A stretch of 32,000 bases of DNA from Zygophlyctis sp. KS116. Taxonomy: Eukaryota > Fungi > Chytridiomycota. Positions 9,900-22,422 of the stretch are shown piece after piece. A program made the position numbers and the translations under genes. The notes under the pieces were generated by a model. The model made no database searches, had not been told where the DNA came from, and saw only the letters and a program-made list of their open reading frames with translations. The DNA is taken from contig BAAFSQ010000048.1 in assembly GCA_054661495.1 (NCBI GenBank), forward strand, positions 21,204-53,203, in the 5' to 3' direction. Each line of letters opens with the position of its first letter. The first letter of the stretch is position 1.

Positions 9900-12623
9900 T
9901 TACATTCTTTGATACGAATTAGCTTTTGAGCTCCTCTGAATCAATAGTCTTCCTGGCTCATACATGAGATCAATGATGGCTGCATCATTAATGATTTCTT
10001 CTTCTTCCTCTTCAAAAATATTACTTTGAGGAGTTGATTTACGGCTATTATCTTTTTTGGATGATTCAGATTGATCACGGCCTGCATTTCGAGTGGTTGG
10101 GGACTTTTTCTTGTTTTCTTTTGGAGGTTCTTTATAATGTGATGATGCGGATAATGACTGCTTTCGAACATCTACAGTATTCCAGGCACGGTTATAATCT
10201 CCCCGTACCAAAGTGCATGGTGCTAATCCAACTCGATCACATATGGCCTTGAATAATAAGGAACGATGATAGAAAGTCCCTTGAGTAATTTTCCCAATTG
10301 GGATAACATTTGATTTAAGCAACACTTTATGTTCATAAATTTGAAATTTGAATGAAAAATCATTTGCTTTTCCTTCTATAAGTGAGCCTCCCATATACTT
10401 TGCTACAGTTTGAGCAATTTGACGGAGCTGACCAACTGCATTTTTTAAATGTAAATTTTCTGTAGCTTCGTTGAATACAGTTTGAAGAGATTGGTCGTTT
10501 TCCCAGTCGATTAGAATTACTTCTCGTTTTTTATCAGGCGGGTTAGTTTGAAGCTCTGCCAAAGGAGGAAAATTACTAGTTATTCCATTATTTGGCCCTG
10601 ATGATCCAATATCGTAAAATCCACTCTTAATTATATCGTCGGATGAAAGTTCATTTTTAAGCCAATATTTTGCAGGTAAATCTATAATGTAAATGAAATT
10701 CATAATTTTTACGATAGTTGAGAAGTTTTTCAGCCGCATCAGCTGCAAAGTTTGAAGCGTTTTTAATAGGATCCTTGATCAATGTGACCAGAGACTCTAG
10801 AGCTTTTGATTTGCAAGCTGTTATGGCATTTAAATCCAGTTGGCATGAAGAAGATAGAGCAAATGCAGCGTGTCTACAAACTGAAACTTCACTTGAATTA
10901 AGCAGTTCAATTAAACGTAGAATTCCTCTGTTATTTGTGGCGTTAGCTATAATCTGTTGTGCTTCCACTTATCATTACAAAAATATTCTTACAGTCTTGC
11001 AAACAACATCCTAGTGCTAAACAAGAAATGCTTTGAATTTTATGACTCGGCTTTTCGATGATTGACAGTAAATCAGTTACGCACCCATTTTTGATAAAGT
11101 CCGATCTATTGCCAGCTAATATTAATGTGAAAACAAAATACGATCGGATCCCAAGACGGAAATGCATTCACACGCGTTTATAACTGATAGTTCGTCATCT
11201 TCCTGCAGGAGTTTAACAATAAGTGGCAAGCACTCTGGTGATGAGCGAATTTTTGCTTTGATTTTTGAGTTTGGATATAGACTGCAGTAAACTCTGACTG
11301 ATTGCCGTTTTACATCAAGATCCTCATGATTCACAAGACGATTCAGTACATCAATCACGCCCATTTTGTTCAACTCAATCTGATTAATTTCTATTATATG
11401 AGAATTATAGGCAGCTATACCATTAGTGGCTAGATTTGATAGAGCCTGAGCTGAGGCACTTGCAGTTCCTGTATCATAATAAGATAGATTGCTAAATAAA
11501 ACTGAAAGAGCTCCTGCTTCCCGCAAATAATTGGTATTTCGATCTAAAAATTTCGATTAAAATTAATTACCTATTCTGGCTATCTTATGAATCACTAGAG
11601 CTGCCATTCTTCTAATTTTAACGTCTTCTGATGAAGCCAATGATATCAATACGGGAAGACCTCCTGTATCAGGGAATATGCTACACGATTCATTGTCTTC
11701 TAGACACAAAGTCAGACAAATTAAGATTTTGGGCTGCAGGATATTGATATTCAGAGCTAATAGATCCACCAATTTTTTGATTCCATTCAGCTTTCTAATT
11801 TCAATTCTATTACCATCTTTTGTTAGAATAACAAAATAATTACTGTCTTCTGCACATTTAATTAGAGATTCTAAAGCGTTTTCCTGAATTTCGGTATAAT
11901 CAGCGCTTAATAAGTCCAGCAATGGCCCCAAACCATTTATGTATCTTATTTCGGCCCTGTTAGCAACTAATTTGTATTACTAGATATTCAATTACAGTCC
12001 TCCAATAGATTTGATAATGCCAACCCAGCATTCTTTTTAACGTCTGGGTCTGGTGATTCAAGAACACGAATTAATGCTCTAATACCACCTGATTTTCTTA
12101 TATCGGCCTTATTTCCATCTATATATTAGCTTAAGGCAAAATCTTACAATCTTTTGCCAGATTTGCCAAGGCAAAAGCAGCTTCGTCCTGAACTTCTGAA
12201 ATCTGTGACAAAGATAAGCTTGAAATTAGCGCATCAATCAAGTCCCGTCGACGTAAATCCTCGTGAGATTCATCTTTGAAATTTAAGATTATTGGAATTT
12301 ACTCATTTCAGTAACAGCAGCAATACATGCAACAGCAGCCTTTTTGATGTTGGGATCATTTGATGACATTAGATCGATCAAAGGCTTAATGATCTTGAGA
12401 CCCAACAGCTGCAATCGATTCTTAGTTGCTATAAATAAGTTTCAAAAAAAGAATTACATAATTCCGCAAAGTTTGTAATTGATTCAATAGCTCCTTTACA
12501 TACACTGATCTCTGGGGAATTCAATAACAAAATCAGTGTCCGGACATCTCCTATCGCAAAACTGGAACTTTGACACTATAATTAGAGAATGATTTAATAT
12601 ACTGTAATTATTTCAGACATCAT
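9900..12623 (-). CDS. ARMC3: ARMC3-like armadillo-repeat protein with C-terminal EDR1-like domain
   Basis: Many ARM repeats, then GFYDIG...GTFYHRSLLFKAICDRVGL...VRGDYNRAWN and IIDLMYEPGRL. Confidence 0.88.
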
Positions 12624-12704
12624 TTTGGGGAGTAAAGAAGAAAGGGAATTTTAGCCAGTGACGTAGTCCGCTGGTCAAAGTCACTAGATAATAAATTTGA
12701 TCAT

Positions 12705-15212
12705 CTAATCATAATATTTTATATATCGAAGAGCTTCATTTCCACTGAGTAAATATCCAGGCTTAAACATTAAATCTAAAACTAATAGATTATTTGAATC
12801 ATCAAATGCGCCTTCATGCTCACATTCATCAGAATCGGACAATATTTTTGGGGGCGATTGTGAATCTAAATTCATCGAAGGTGTTGTAATGATAATATTT
12901 GATTTGTCTGCTGAAATCCATGCCATTTTTCTATTGCGTATTAATTCACATGGTCCAACGCCTAATCTATCACAGATAGTTTTGAAAAGCAATGCCCTAT
13001 GATAAAAAGAACCAATTTTTAATGATCCTAACTTTAATATTGCACTTTTTTCTTCGCTCTTTAGCTCAGATATATGCGCCGTGACTTCTTTATCAAAAGA
13101 ATCGACTGATTTAATCCCACCCATAGTAGCTATGACAATTTCTGCGATCGACTGAAATTGCTCAAAAGCAGTTTTGCTTGGAATTTGTTCACTTAACTTG
13201 GATATTAATGAACAAAGATTTGTGTCCAGATTGAAATCAACTAAAAAAAATGTTCTCCCAAGTTTGGACATTAATTCTTCTCTCCTAGGTAGCCTATGTA
13301 TCGAGTGATAATAGTCTCCGGCGTAACCAATATCTAAAAATCCATCTTCAATTTTGTTGCGATCGGACAACCTATTTGTAAGCCAAAATTTGGAAGTAGG
13401 ATCTAGATATGAGAATAATTTAAAATCATACTCTGCTCGATGATTTTGAATAATGTAGTTTTCGCAATATGTGATACCTTTTTAGTCGAATCATTCACAG
13501 CCGATAGCAAATTATCGACCACATTATACTGAAAGGACAATTTACAAATAAAATCAGATTTACATGCATTTCCCAAAGCTAATATGCTATTTCTGGATAA
13601 ATCTTCAAGTGGGGAGATAACATTTGCGACGAGCTTCTCAATAATTTTGCTATTTGATTTTGATAAAATAAACCTAGCTTCTTCATCATGCAAACCAATT
13701 GATAAAGCTAAAGTTGCGGAAGACGCTATAAGTGGTGACTTTTCAATGACATTGATAAGTGATGATATCAAACCAGCCCTAATAAATTCACTCCTTATAT
13801 GAGCTTTTACATTAAAAAATAGAGTATTTACCGTCTTTTAAAAGTCTAAAAATGCATTCGGCAGCGTTTCTAGACGTTTCATGATCGTCAGACTGTACAT
13901 GATTCAGTAGAGAAGTATATAAATCTGGGATTTCTCTCGGCTTCGATTTTGCTTATTCTTTAGAAATAAAAGTTCTCTTACCTTTAATTACGACAGCATT
14001 AACCAATAGCAGTATCGCTCTTTTGACTAATAAATGATCTGAGCGTAATAGTTTCCCCATAATTTCTTGATTTACAGGTTTTGATAATTCCACTGCAATA
14101 AGTTCTTCTTCTACCATATAACAAAGAATACTTATAGCTCGACTGGATATATTGCTATCACTTGATCCCAGCAACAAAATGATCTTTTGAACTATTTCAG
14201 ACTCTATAAATAACAATCTATTTTCCTCTATAAAGTTAATTATATCCATTACTTTTTTCACTTGCAACTTGTATCATCTGCAAAACATCAATCCTTAATT
14301 CTTCTTTACTAAAATTATCAATAATTGCATCTGTTGGGAAATGATAAGGAAATTCATTCAACATTTCATGATTTTTCAATATTTTTGCCAAAGTCTGAAT
14401 AGTCAAATGTAAAATAGAATCATTTGTACATGTACCAAACACTTGAATAACCATTGACAAAAACCCAAGCTTTTTTAACTCTAATATGGTTTGATCATCC
14501 TGTACGAGTTTCAGTATACAGTTTAAAGCAACTATACAAATTTCCTCGTAATCAGAGTTGATTAAACTAATAATCTTATTTATCCCTTGTATTTTCCTGA
14601 ACTCTATTTTATTCATACAATCTGTGAATAATTGATCTAGCGCTCGTAATGAATTTAATAAAACATCTGGATCCTTCTGATCCAAACAATTAGTGAGTGC
14701 ATTTATTCCTCCATATTTCTTAATTTCAAATTGGTTTATCGCTTATGTTATAATCTATTAATCTTACAATCTTTTGCAATATTTCCAAGTCCGAAAGCAG
14801 CATCATCTTGCATTTCTATTACATTTGATTTCGCACCATGAATCAGCGTCTTTATTAAATCAGGTCTTTGTAATTCTGAATGACAGAGGCCATCAGTGAC
14901 TGATGACAATAGAGAAATACAAAGAGTTTTCAAATGATCATCAAATGTCCGATTATAAAGATCTATAATGGAAGTTATAGATTTTGAATCTAAAAACAAC
15001 TGTTTTGAATGCTGATTTTTCTCTGTAAATATCATTAATTCTTGTAGCGCTTGAACTTGAAGATCATACTCTGGACAGTTTGCTAGAAACAAGAGCGACT
15101 GGACTGATGACACTTGAAGCACCTGCTTGGTTTCAAGCTTCAAGTCAGACAGAGGTTCTGTTTTGGTGAGAGTCTTTTGACCACAGACGGTGGGTGTGAT
15201 GGTTTCGGCCAT
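12705..15212 (-). CDS. Divergent tandem paralogue of ARMC3
   Basis: ARM repeats (QDDAAFGLGNIAKD) plus GFLDIG...GSFYHRALLFKTICDRLGV and LDLMFKPG. It shares intron positions with the neighbouring copy. Confidence 0.82.
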
Positions 15213-15254
15213 TCAGAGTACAAGGGTGGGTCAGCAAAAGGCGTCGGTTGAGCA

Positions 15255-16679
15255 ATGGTATTACTTTCCCACTTAACTGTAGGACGATCAAAAGCAAAAT
15301 GTTAAACAAAAGCTTACTAAAGCCGAAAGAAGAGAATTGCAAGAGAAACAAAGAGCTGCAAAAGCTGCAAAATCTTTAGAAAATCTAAAATCTCCAAAAA
15401 AACCAGCGTCTCCAATGAACTCTTCAACAACTCCAAAAACTCCAAATGACATGCGAGCAGACGATCGCCGATTAAAAAAAGCAAAGGCTGGAGGAATAAC
15501 TAGGACAGTTGCAAAGAAGCCGGTGGCTCTGTTTTCTCATTTAATGCAATGGGAGAAACTAGATCATTTGACTCTGGAGAAAAATATTCATCCAATCGTC
15601 CAAAGCTTGGGATTACAGTTTTCAGAATTTTTGATTGCAGGAGGTAATGCAAGGTAAAAAAACTATTTTAATAAAAGATGTATTGCCATGATGGTGGCTT
15701 TAAAAGTAGTTATACAGGATTATGCAACTCCCCCAGGAACATTTCTACAAAAACATCTAACTTCTACATTATCAAGACAAATTGAATTTTTAAATGCTAC
15801 TAGAGCTTTGGCCACGTCAATGAAGACTGCTATAAAATTTTTAAAATATCAAATAAGTTTATTGGATATTGATACGCCCGATCAAGATGCTAAAGCGGAA
15901 TTATGCATGATTATTGATAATTTCATTCAAGAAAAAATTGTGCTAGCAGGAAAAGTTATTATTGACCAAATGATTGATAATCAAAAGTTGAGATCAGGAG
16001 ATGTTGTTTTGACTTTTGGATATTCTTCAGTGGTTCTTTCACTTTTTGAATCTGCAAAGGCTAGAGGACTTGACTTTAGAGTTGTAGTGGCTGACTCAAG
16101 ACCAAAATTAGAAGGAAAAGAAGCTGTAAAGAAACTTTTGGCTGCAGGAATTTCTTGTACTTACATTTTAATCAATGCACTTCCAATAGTTATGCACAGT
16201 GTAAGATTTATCATTTATAATTCTAGATTACAAAAGTAATAATGGGTGCATCAGCCGTATTTTCTAATGGAGCTGTAATGTCAAGAGTTGGAACATCTGT
16301 TGTAGCTACAATGGCTAATCACTATAAAAAGCCAGTCATTATTCTCTGTGAAACTTTTAAATTTTCTGAAGCAGTTCGATTAGATTCGTTTGTTTGGAAT
16401 GAAATTGGAAATCCAGAAGAACTCGTGGATATCAGAATCTTGTCACCTTCTGAAAAGCTACCATCTTTACTTGTTCACGGTAATAGCAATACAAAAGGAC
16501 CTTTAAATGACTGGCGAACTATTAATCCTCTAAAGCTCTTAAATATCCATTATGATGTTACACCATCCAAGTTTATAACAATGATTGCATGCGATCTTGG
16601 ACAAATACCACCAACAAGTTGTTTAAGTGTTTTACGAGAGTGTGGAGGAATTGGAGGAGAAAATTTTACCAGCGGATAA
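15255..16679 (+). CDS. GCD2: Translation initiation factor eIF2B delta subunit
   Basis: LTKAERRELQEKQRAAK, GGNARC, DSRPKLEG and CETFKFSE. The first coding exon is ATG only, then intron 15258-15282; further introns at 15654-15677 and 16201-16226. Confidence 0.93.
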
Positions 16680-16693
16680 ATCCAATCTCTTAA

Positions 16694-18123
16694 ATGTGGA
16701 CCCCTAATTCTTGGAAAAGTAAAGAGTGTGCTCAAAATATATCGTATCAAGATCCTATCGCTTTGGATCGATCTTTAAAAAAGTTGAGTTCACTTCCTCC
16801 ATTGGTGTCTGTTCAAGACATTCAGCGTCTAAAGTCTCTGATGGCCGATGTAGCAATGGGAAATAAATTCCTCTTACAGGGAGGCGATTGCGCTGAAATG
16901 TTTGATTATGCGGCAGAAGAACCAATTAAAAATAAGCTAAAAGTTCTTTTACAAATGTCATTGATATTAACATGGGGCGGAGGCACATCAGTAGTGCGCA
17001 TTGCAAGAATGGGCGGACAGTATGCTAAACCCAGATCAAATCCGTCTGAAATTGTGGATGGGAAAGAGATCCCTACTTTCAAGGGAGAAATTATTAATGG
17101 AATAAATGCTAACGGTAGCCATGATCTCTAAAATATAGATCGAACACCAGATCCATCTAGATTAGTAACTGCTTATTTTCATTCTTCGGCTACTATAAAT
17201 TATGTCAATAATCTACTTAAAGAAGTATTTTGATCAAACTAATAGCTAGGATTTTGCAGATTTACATCATCCAGACTCTTGGGATATTGAAGGATGGGAT
17301 TTAGATCATGTTCTAAATAAACAACTTAAAAAGGAATATACGCTTATAGTGGGACAATTACAAAAGGCAATTGGATTTATGAGAACAATTGGAGCAGATG
17401 ACTCAAATAGCTTAAAAACTGTAGATTTATTCATGTCGCATGAAGGTCTCCTTTTAGATTATGAGACTTGTCTGACACGTCAAATTAATGGTAAACATTA
17501 TAATTTAGGAACTCATTTCCTTTGGATTGGTGATCGTACTCGTCAATGTATTTATTTTTCTAAAATAATTACTATAGTGAATGGAGCGCATGTAGAGTAT
17601 TTTAGAGGTTTAGAAAACCCAATTGGACTTAAAGTTAGTTCTAATATGGAACCTTCTGAACTTGTTAGGATTCTGGACATTTTAAATCCTAATAAAGAAG
17701 TAGGAAAAATCACATTAATTACACGATATGGCTATAAAAAGATATCTGAATATCTTCCATTACATATAGAAGCTGTAAAAAATACAGATCACAAAGTTGT
17801 ATGGATTTGCGATCCCATGGTAATTTTACACTATTAAAACAAAGCATGGAAACACGACCACAACCAAAAGTGGCCTCAAGACTAGAAATTTTGAATTTAT
17901 CCTTGAAGAACTAAAGTCTGCATTCTCTATCCATTCTTTAAATGCCTCTAAATTGAATGGAGTACATTTTGAATTGACTGGCGATCGTGTCACTGAAGTA
18001 GTTGGAGGATCTCAAGGACTAGAAGAAGAAGATTTAAAAAAGAATTATCAGACTTTTTGTGATCCAAGATTGAATTATGAACAATCTCTGGACATGGCAT
18101 TCATGATTAGTAGTTTTCTTTAG
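16694..18123 (+). CDS. Class II DAHP synthase
   Basis: FLLQGGDCAE, RMGGQYAKPRS, LWIGDRTRQ, CDPMHGNT and CDPRLN; four short introns. Confidence 0.95.
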
Positions 18124-18197
18124 TCTTTTTCTAATTCAACTGATTGCCTAGATAATCAAACAACTTAAAACGTCGTCGTTTACGTCTAGGTTTTAAA

Positions 18198-18515
18198 ATG
18201 AGCAAATCGATCACTCCAGAGTTAAAAAGGTAAAAGCACCTCTATTCATAGATTAGATATATGGATAAAAAGCTATCTCTCTCATTAAATGGAAATAGAC
18301 AAGTTGTAGGAATTCTAAGAGGTATTTCCTGATTTCTAATTCACAGGATATGATCCATTTCTAAACCTTGTCTTGGAAGAGGCTATTGAAGTTACTCCTG
18401 AAGCAACTAAAGCGATCGGATCAGTTGTAATTTTTTTATTTTTTTTAAAAATTAGATTGTCAGGGGAAATTCTATTACTGTATTAGAAGCATTAGAAAAA
18501 ATCCCTGCTAATTAA
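18198..18515 (+). CDS. SNRPG: snRNP core protein SmG (missed by ORF track)
   Basis: Spliced: [47 protein letters not shown]...IGSVIVRGNSITVLEALEKI; three introns (the first is 18230-18256). Confidence 0.93.
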
Positions 18516-18797
18516 TTTCTCATTCTTATTCTAGGATTTGAGATTATAAATAAACTGAACCAATGAGCTCCAAATCCAATAGTGTCTAGGTTCTGTATTA
18601 GAGTCAAAGAGTAATTGAGAATGAATTTTGTTAGATTCCTGACCAACGTTTTTGGTTTTGGATGGGGTTTGATGAGTTTCTGTTTGGAAATTTCATGTCC
18701 TGGATGCAATTGATGCTTATTCCTAAAGTAAAGTAGTGCGAATCCAATGTCCGAAAACAACTCAAGCGAAGTTTATTTTTTTATTCAAGATCGGCTG

Positions 18798-19431
18798 CTA
18801 GAAAATGAAAACACTAGCCAAAGAGAGTAAAATCGATAAATAAGGAGATACAGACTTTGCACTCCCAGTATTTAGTTTGCCTGCTGTTTGGCACTGATCT
18901 TTTATAGATCTGGTAAACTCCGTTTTGAAGTCGCTTGTGCAAACAGCGATTTTATTTGAGCTTTAAGATTAGTATGAAACTTTGATTTACCAATCAGAAT
19001 ATCCAGAATAGTGGGAGCAGGCACAATCCAATGAAGGATTGTTAATGCATGGTTTTCGAAGAAATTCGTCGTTGCAAGTATAAAGTTCTTTTTGACAAGG
19101 TAAGAGGTCGCATAAAGATGAATATATTGCTTTGTTTCCATCATAGATTGGTTTCTTGGCAGCATCATCACATGACGTAACTTTGGCCACACTTGAATCA
19201 ATAAATCATGGTAACTTACCATTCATCCATAATCTTCAAATGTGAACAAGAACATTCTTGTCTATTGATATCATCGAAAATCGTCGATTCAGTAGTATTT
19301 CGGGAATTGCAACTTTGGCCAAAAGATTCTTCTAACGCATTCTGACAAGCAGTAAGGCCTTGAAGGCATGCTGGCGACTGAGCAATTGTCTGAGATAGAA
19401 GCATGGCTGGAATGATGAGAATGGCAAACAA
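18798..19431 (-). CDS. Cys-rich secreted/putative GPI-anchored protein, copy 1 (TTG where copy 2 has ATG; possible pseudogene)
   Basis: Signal-like N-terminus, two Cys modules, two introns that each split a Cys codon, hydrophobic C-terminal tail SPYLSILLSLASVFIF. Confidence 0.75.
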
Positions 19432-19439
19432 TATATCTT

Positions 19440-19556
19440 TGTTGATATAAAGTGGTTAAAGAGTTATAATTTATTTTCTAACAATGAATCTTCCAAAACA
19501 TCATTCAGTTGACGTTTTACGAGTGACGTAGCTCTGTTGCATTTCACGCTTCAACA
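19440..19556 (-). repeat. Putative 3' LTR, 117 bp
   Basis: Bounded by the inverted termini TGTTGA (19440) and TCAACA (19551-19556). On the minus strand it is preceded by purine-rich AGATGAGAG (degenerate PPT) right after the RNase H end. Confidence 0.75.
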
Positions 19557-20410
19557 CTCTCATCTGAAATCGGCACTCCTAAGTTCAGTTTATCCTTGAA
19601 TGACTGAAACAATGGTTCATTTAAAGGTTTCGTGAATGCATCTGCCACTTGATCTTTTGATTGAATGTGAGTGACATTGATCACACCCATTTTCACGTGG
19701 TCTCTTATAAAATGATAATGTACATTCACTTGTTTGATCATTGACTTGTATACTGGTTTTTAGCAATTTGAATTGCTGCCTGGTTATCATCATATACTTC
19801 AATTGGTGTTTCAACTTCTAAATTTAACTCCATCAATATTGCCCTGACAAATAGTACATCTGATACCCCTTAACGCAACATATTCTGACTCTGCTGAGCT
19901 CTTAGCTTTAATTGATTGCTTTAGTGACTTCCAACAAACAAGATTCCCATTCACATAGACTACCCATCAAAGAGTTTATTTCTCTCCTTGGGGTGCATAT
20001 GATGCATCTACAAACACTTCTAGAGTAAATTTTCCATTTCCTGATTTCTTATACAGCAATCCTTCAGTCAAATATTGTAGAATTCTCTTTACTGCAGTAA
20101 CCTCTGTACTCTTCGGATTTACTTGATAGCGTGACGCATCAGAGACAGCAAAAGAAAGATCTGGTCTAGTGCAATTTACAAGATGAAAAAGACTTCCAAT
20201 TATTGATCTATACTTAGTTGCATCTTCTACTTTCCCATCAACTCCTAAGACTACTTGAGTGTCAAAAGGTGTAGACTTCCGTGCCAAATCTCTTTACAAT
20301 TTCATCACTAGCCTTAGCTTGTGGATATCATATTCTGCGTTCTCTGTATTTTCCACTGCAAAAATTGATTTGAGGTCAAATCTCCCAGGTTCTTTCCAGG
20401 AAATACTCAA
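19440..20410 (-). mobile_element. Degenerate, 5'-truncated Ty1/copia LTR retrotransposon (RT C-terminus, RNase H, 3' LTR)
   Basis: KNLGDL...DEIVKRFG, YRSIIGSL...TRPDLSFAV, DASYA, SSAESEYVA, DNQAAI and HFIRDHV...QVADAFTKPL, with frameshifts and stops. Confidence 0.93.
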
Positions 20411-20819
20411 GTGGGAAAAGTCAAGACAATCGCAGAAGTTGTGAAACAATTTCCAAAAATGATCGAACAGTCTTCACAGAAGGATTTAGATTTGAAAAGG
20501 TAAATTTTCAGAGTTGCTTGTGGAACTCTATTCCCCAATGACTGTAGTTAGCAAGCGCATCGTTTAGTATTGGATATGTATCCTTTGTGAGGTCGCTCCG
20601 GAGTGGATGGAAAGAGCAACTTTGATTATACTATCAAAAGATGAATTTAAACAAAATATCCTTCACATTTACTAAATCAATAAAACGAAGAAGTATTCAA
20701 AAGCTTATGATTTTTTGAAATATAAATTCTAACTTGCAAAATAAGACAGCATTTTATTAAATCAGCATTTATATGACGTTTGTTAAAATCGAGGAAACTT
20801 CCATTCGTTAATTAAAATT

Positions 20820-21326
20820 TTAAACAAATGCCACCTGGACTCGAGTATTCTGATTAAAGAACTTTCCCGACCAAACAAGATATGCGCCAACGGCTAATAA
20901 TATTACTCCTACCACAAGTGAAAGTCCGCCTATAATATAAAAGGATAGTATTGGTGTGATTGAGTACAAATTAACAATATAACCTAGAGGAAGTAGTAGT
21001 ACTCCCATGACACAAGAAGAAATAGTGCATCCGATAAAGATTGCTCTTCTTACTGTGTTTTCATTAGAAATCTGGTTTATTTCACCGTCAACTGGTTCAG
21101 GAGAAACCGTTGAGGTCTTGATGATAGGGGGCCCAGTCTTCATCTTATGGCTTTGTAAGTAAGTTTTGAGTTTTGCATACTCATCCATGGTGAATCCATA
21201 CGCTTCTGCCTCATTATACTTCATTTGAGCAATGTCTTCTGTTATCAGTCCTTTTGATGACATGGCATAAAGTTTGGGTTGATTCAATTTAACAGCCAGC
21301 GTTTCAATACTTTCATAGCGGTCCAT
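20820..21326 (-). CDS. Hypothetical intronless protein with two C-terminal TM helices
   Basis: 168-aa ATG-initiated ORF with two hydrophobic segments; no family recognised. Confidence 0.65.
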   Translation of the reverse strand: MDRYESIETLAVKLNQPKLYAMSSKGLITEDIAQMKYNEAEAYGFTMDEYAKLKTYLQSHKMKTGPPIIKTSTVSPEPVDGEINQISNENTVRRAIFIGCTISSCVMGVLLLPLGYIVNLYSITPILSFYIIGGLSLVVGVILLAVGAYLVWSGKFFNQNTRVQVAFV

Positions 21327-21504
21327 TTTTGAGTAGGAAATTTATTAATATAATGATTGACAAATGCGTCAGCCCTGCGTGGATGCGAATGGCAAAGTCA
21401 TTTTCTTTGATTAGAAGAACTGATTTCTGATCTTGAAGATCTGATTTGTTTTTTATGTATTTCAATGTCCGAAAACAACTAAAGCGTTTATGAATACATA
21501 TGTG

Positions 21505-22180
21505 CTAGAAAATGAAAACTGTAGCCAAAGAAAGTAAAATCGATAAAAAAGGAGATACAGACTTTGAGCCTCCAGGAACAGGTTTACCGGCTTTTTTGCA
21601 TTCAGATTTCATAGAATCAGTTGAATTTTTGAGCAAAGTTTTACTGCAAGTTGTAATTTTGTTTACGCTAATAGATCAGCATTAAAATGTGATTTACCAG
21701 CCAGAAAACGCAGTATATCGGGGACATATACAATCAAATGAGCCACTAAAGGATGAGTTTTGTCCAAACGTCGGCTTTATATTGCATGGTTTGTAAAGAG
21801 TGTTATCTAAACAAGTGAGATGTTCTTTTTGACAAGGTAAACTGTCGCATACAGCTACTTCTAAATCGATTAATATATTAGAAATCTGTTTTGAGACAGC
21901 ATCATCGCATGCTGTAACTTTGGCAAGACTTGAGTCAATCAATCATGATAATTTACCAATCTTTGTATGTTTTTGCAGCTGGGCAGCTACATTCTTGTTG
22001 TTGAATTACATCCAAAATTGATGATCCAGATGTAACAGGTGTAGCTCGTAAAGAGCCGCACGTTTGATTTAGAGATAACGAATATGCATTCAGACAAGCA
22101 GTACGTCCTTGATTGCATTGATCTGATTGAGCAATTGTCTGATAAAGAAGCATGGCTGGAATGATGAGGATGGCAAACAT
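21505..22180 (-). CDS. Cys-rich secreted/putative GPI-anchored protein, copy 2
   Basis: MFAILIIPAMLLYQTIAQ; same exon structure and tail as copy 1. Confidence 0.82.
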
Positions 22181-22422
22181 AATAGCTAATTTGAAAGGGG
22201 GGATTAATCAATTTATTTTCCGAAATTACATCTTTCAATAAATTACATCACTTATCGTGACCATCAACTTAAATGTTTCCATCCAAGAGATCATATTGCA
22301 CTGCATCATGCAGATGACACTCTACGTCACTAATCCATGTCCGAATTCAACTAAATCATAAAAGATTGAGATTTCCAGGAAAAGTTTCCAAATATCTTTT
22401 ATTACAAATCAGACTTGGCAAG

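Noticed and set aside
12657-12685. AGTGAC...GTCACT inverted repeat upstream of ARMC3
   Set aside because: 6-bp arms are expected by chance; no RFX X-box match seen.
16694-18123. Class II DAHP synthase as a recent horizontal transfer
   Set aside because: It has host-style introns and composition, and class II enzymes are known in fungi.
20415-20675. Possible decayed coding fragment on + (…LCEVAPEWMER…)
   Set aside because: Interrupted by a stop and too weak to assign by eye.
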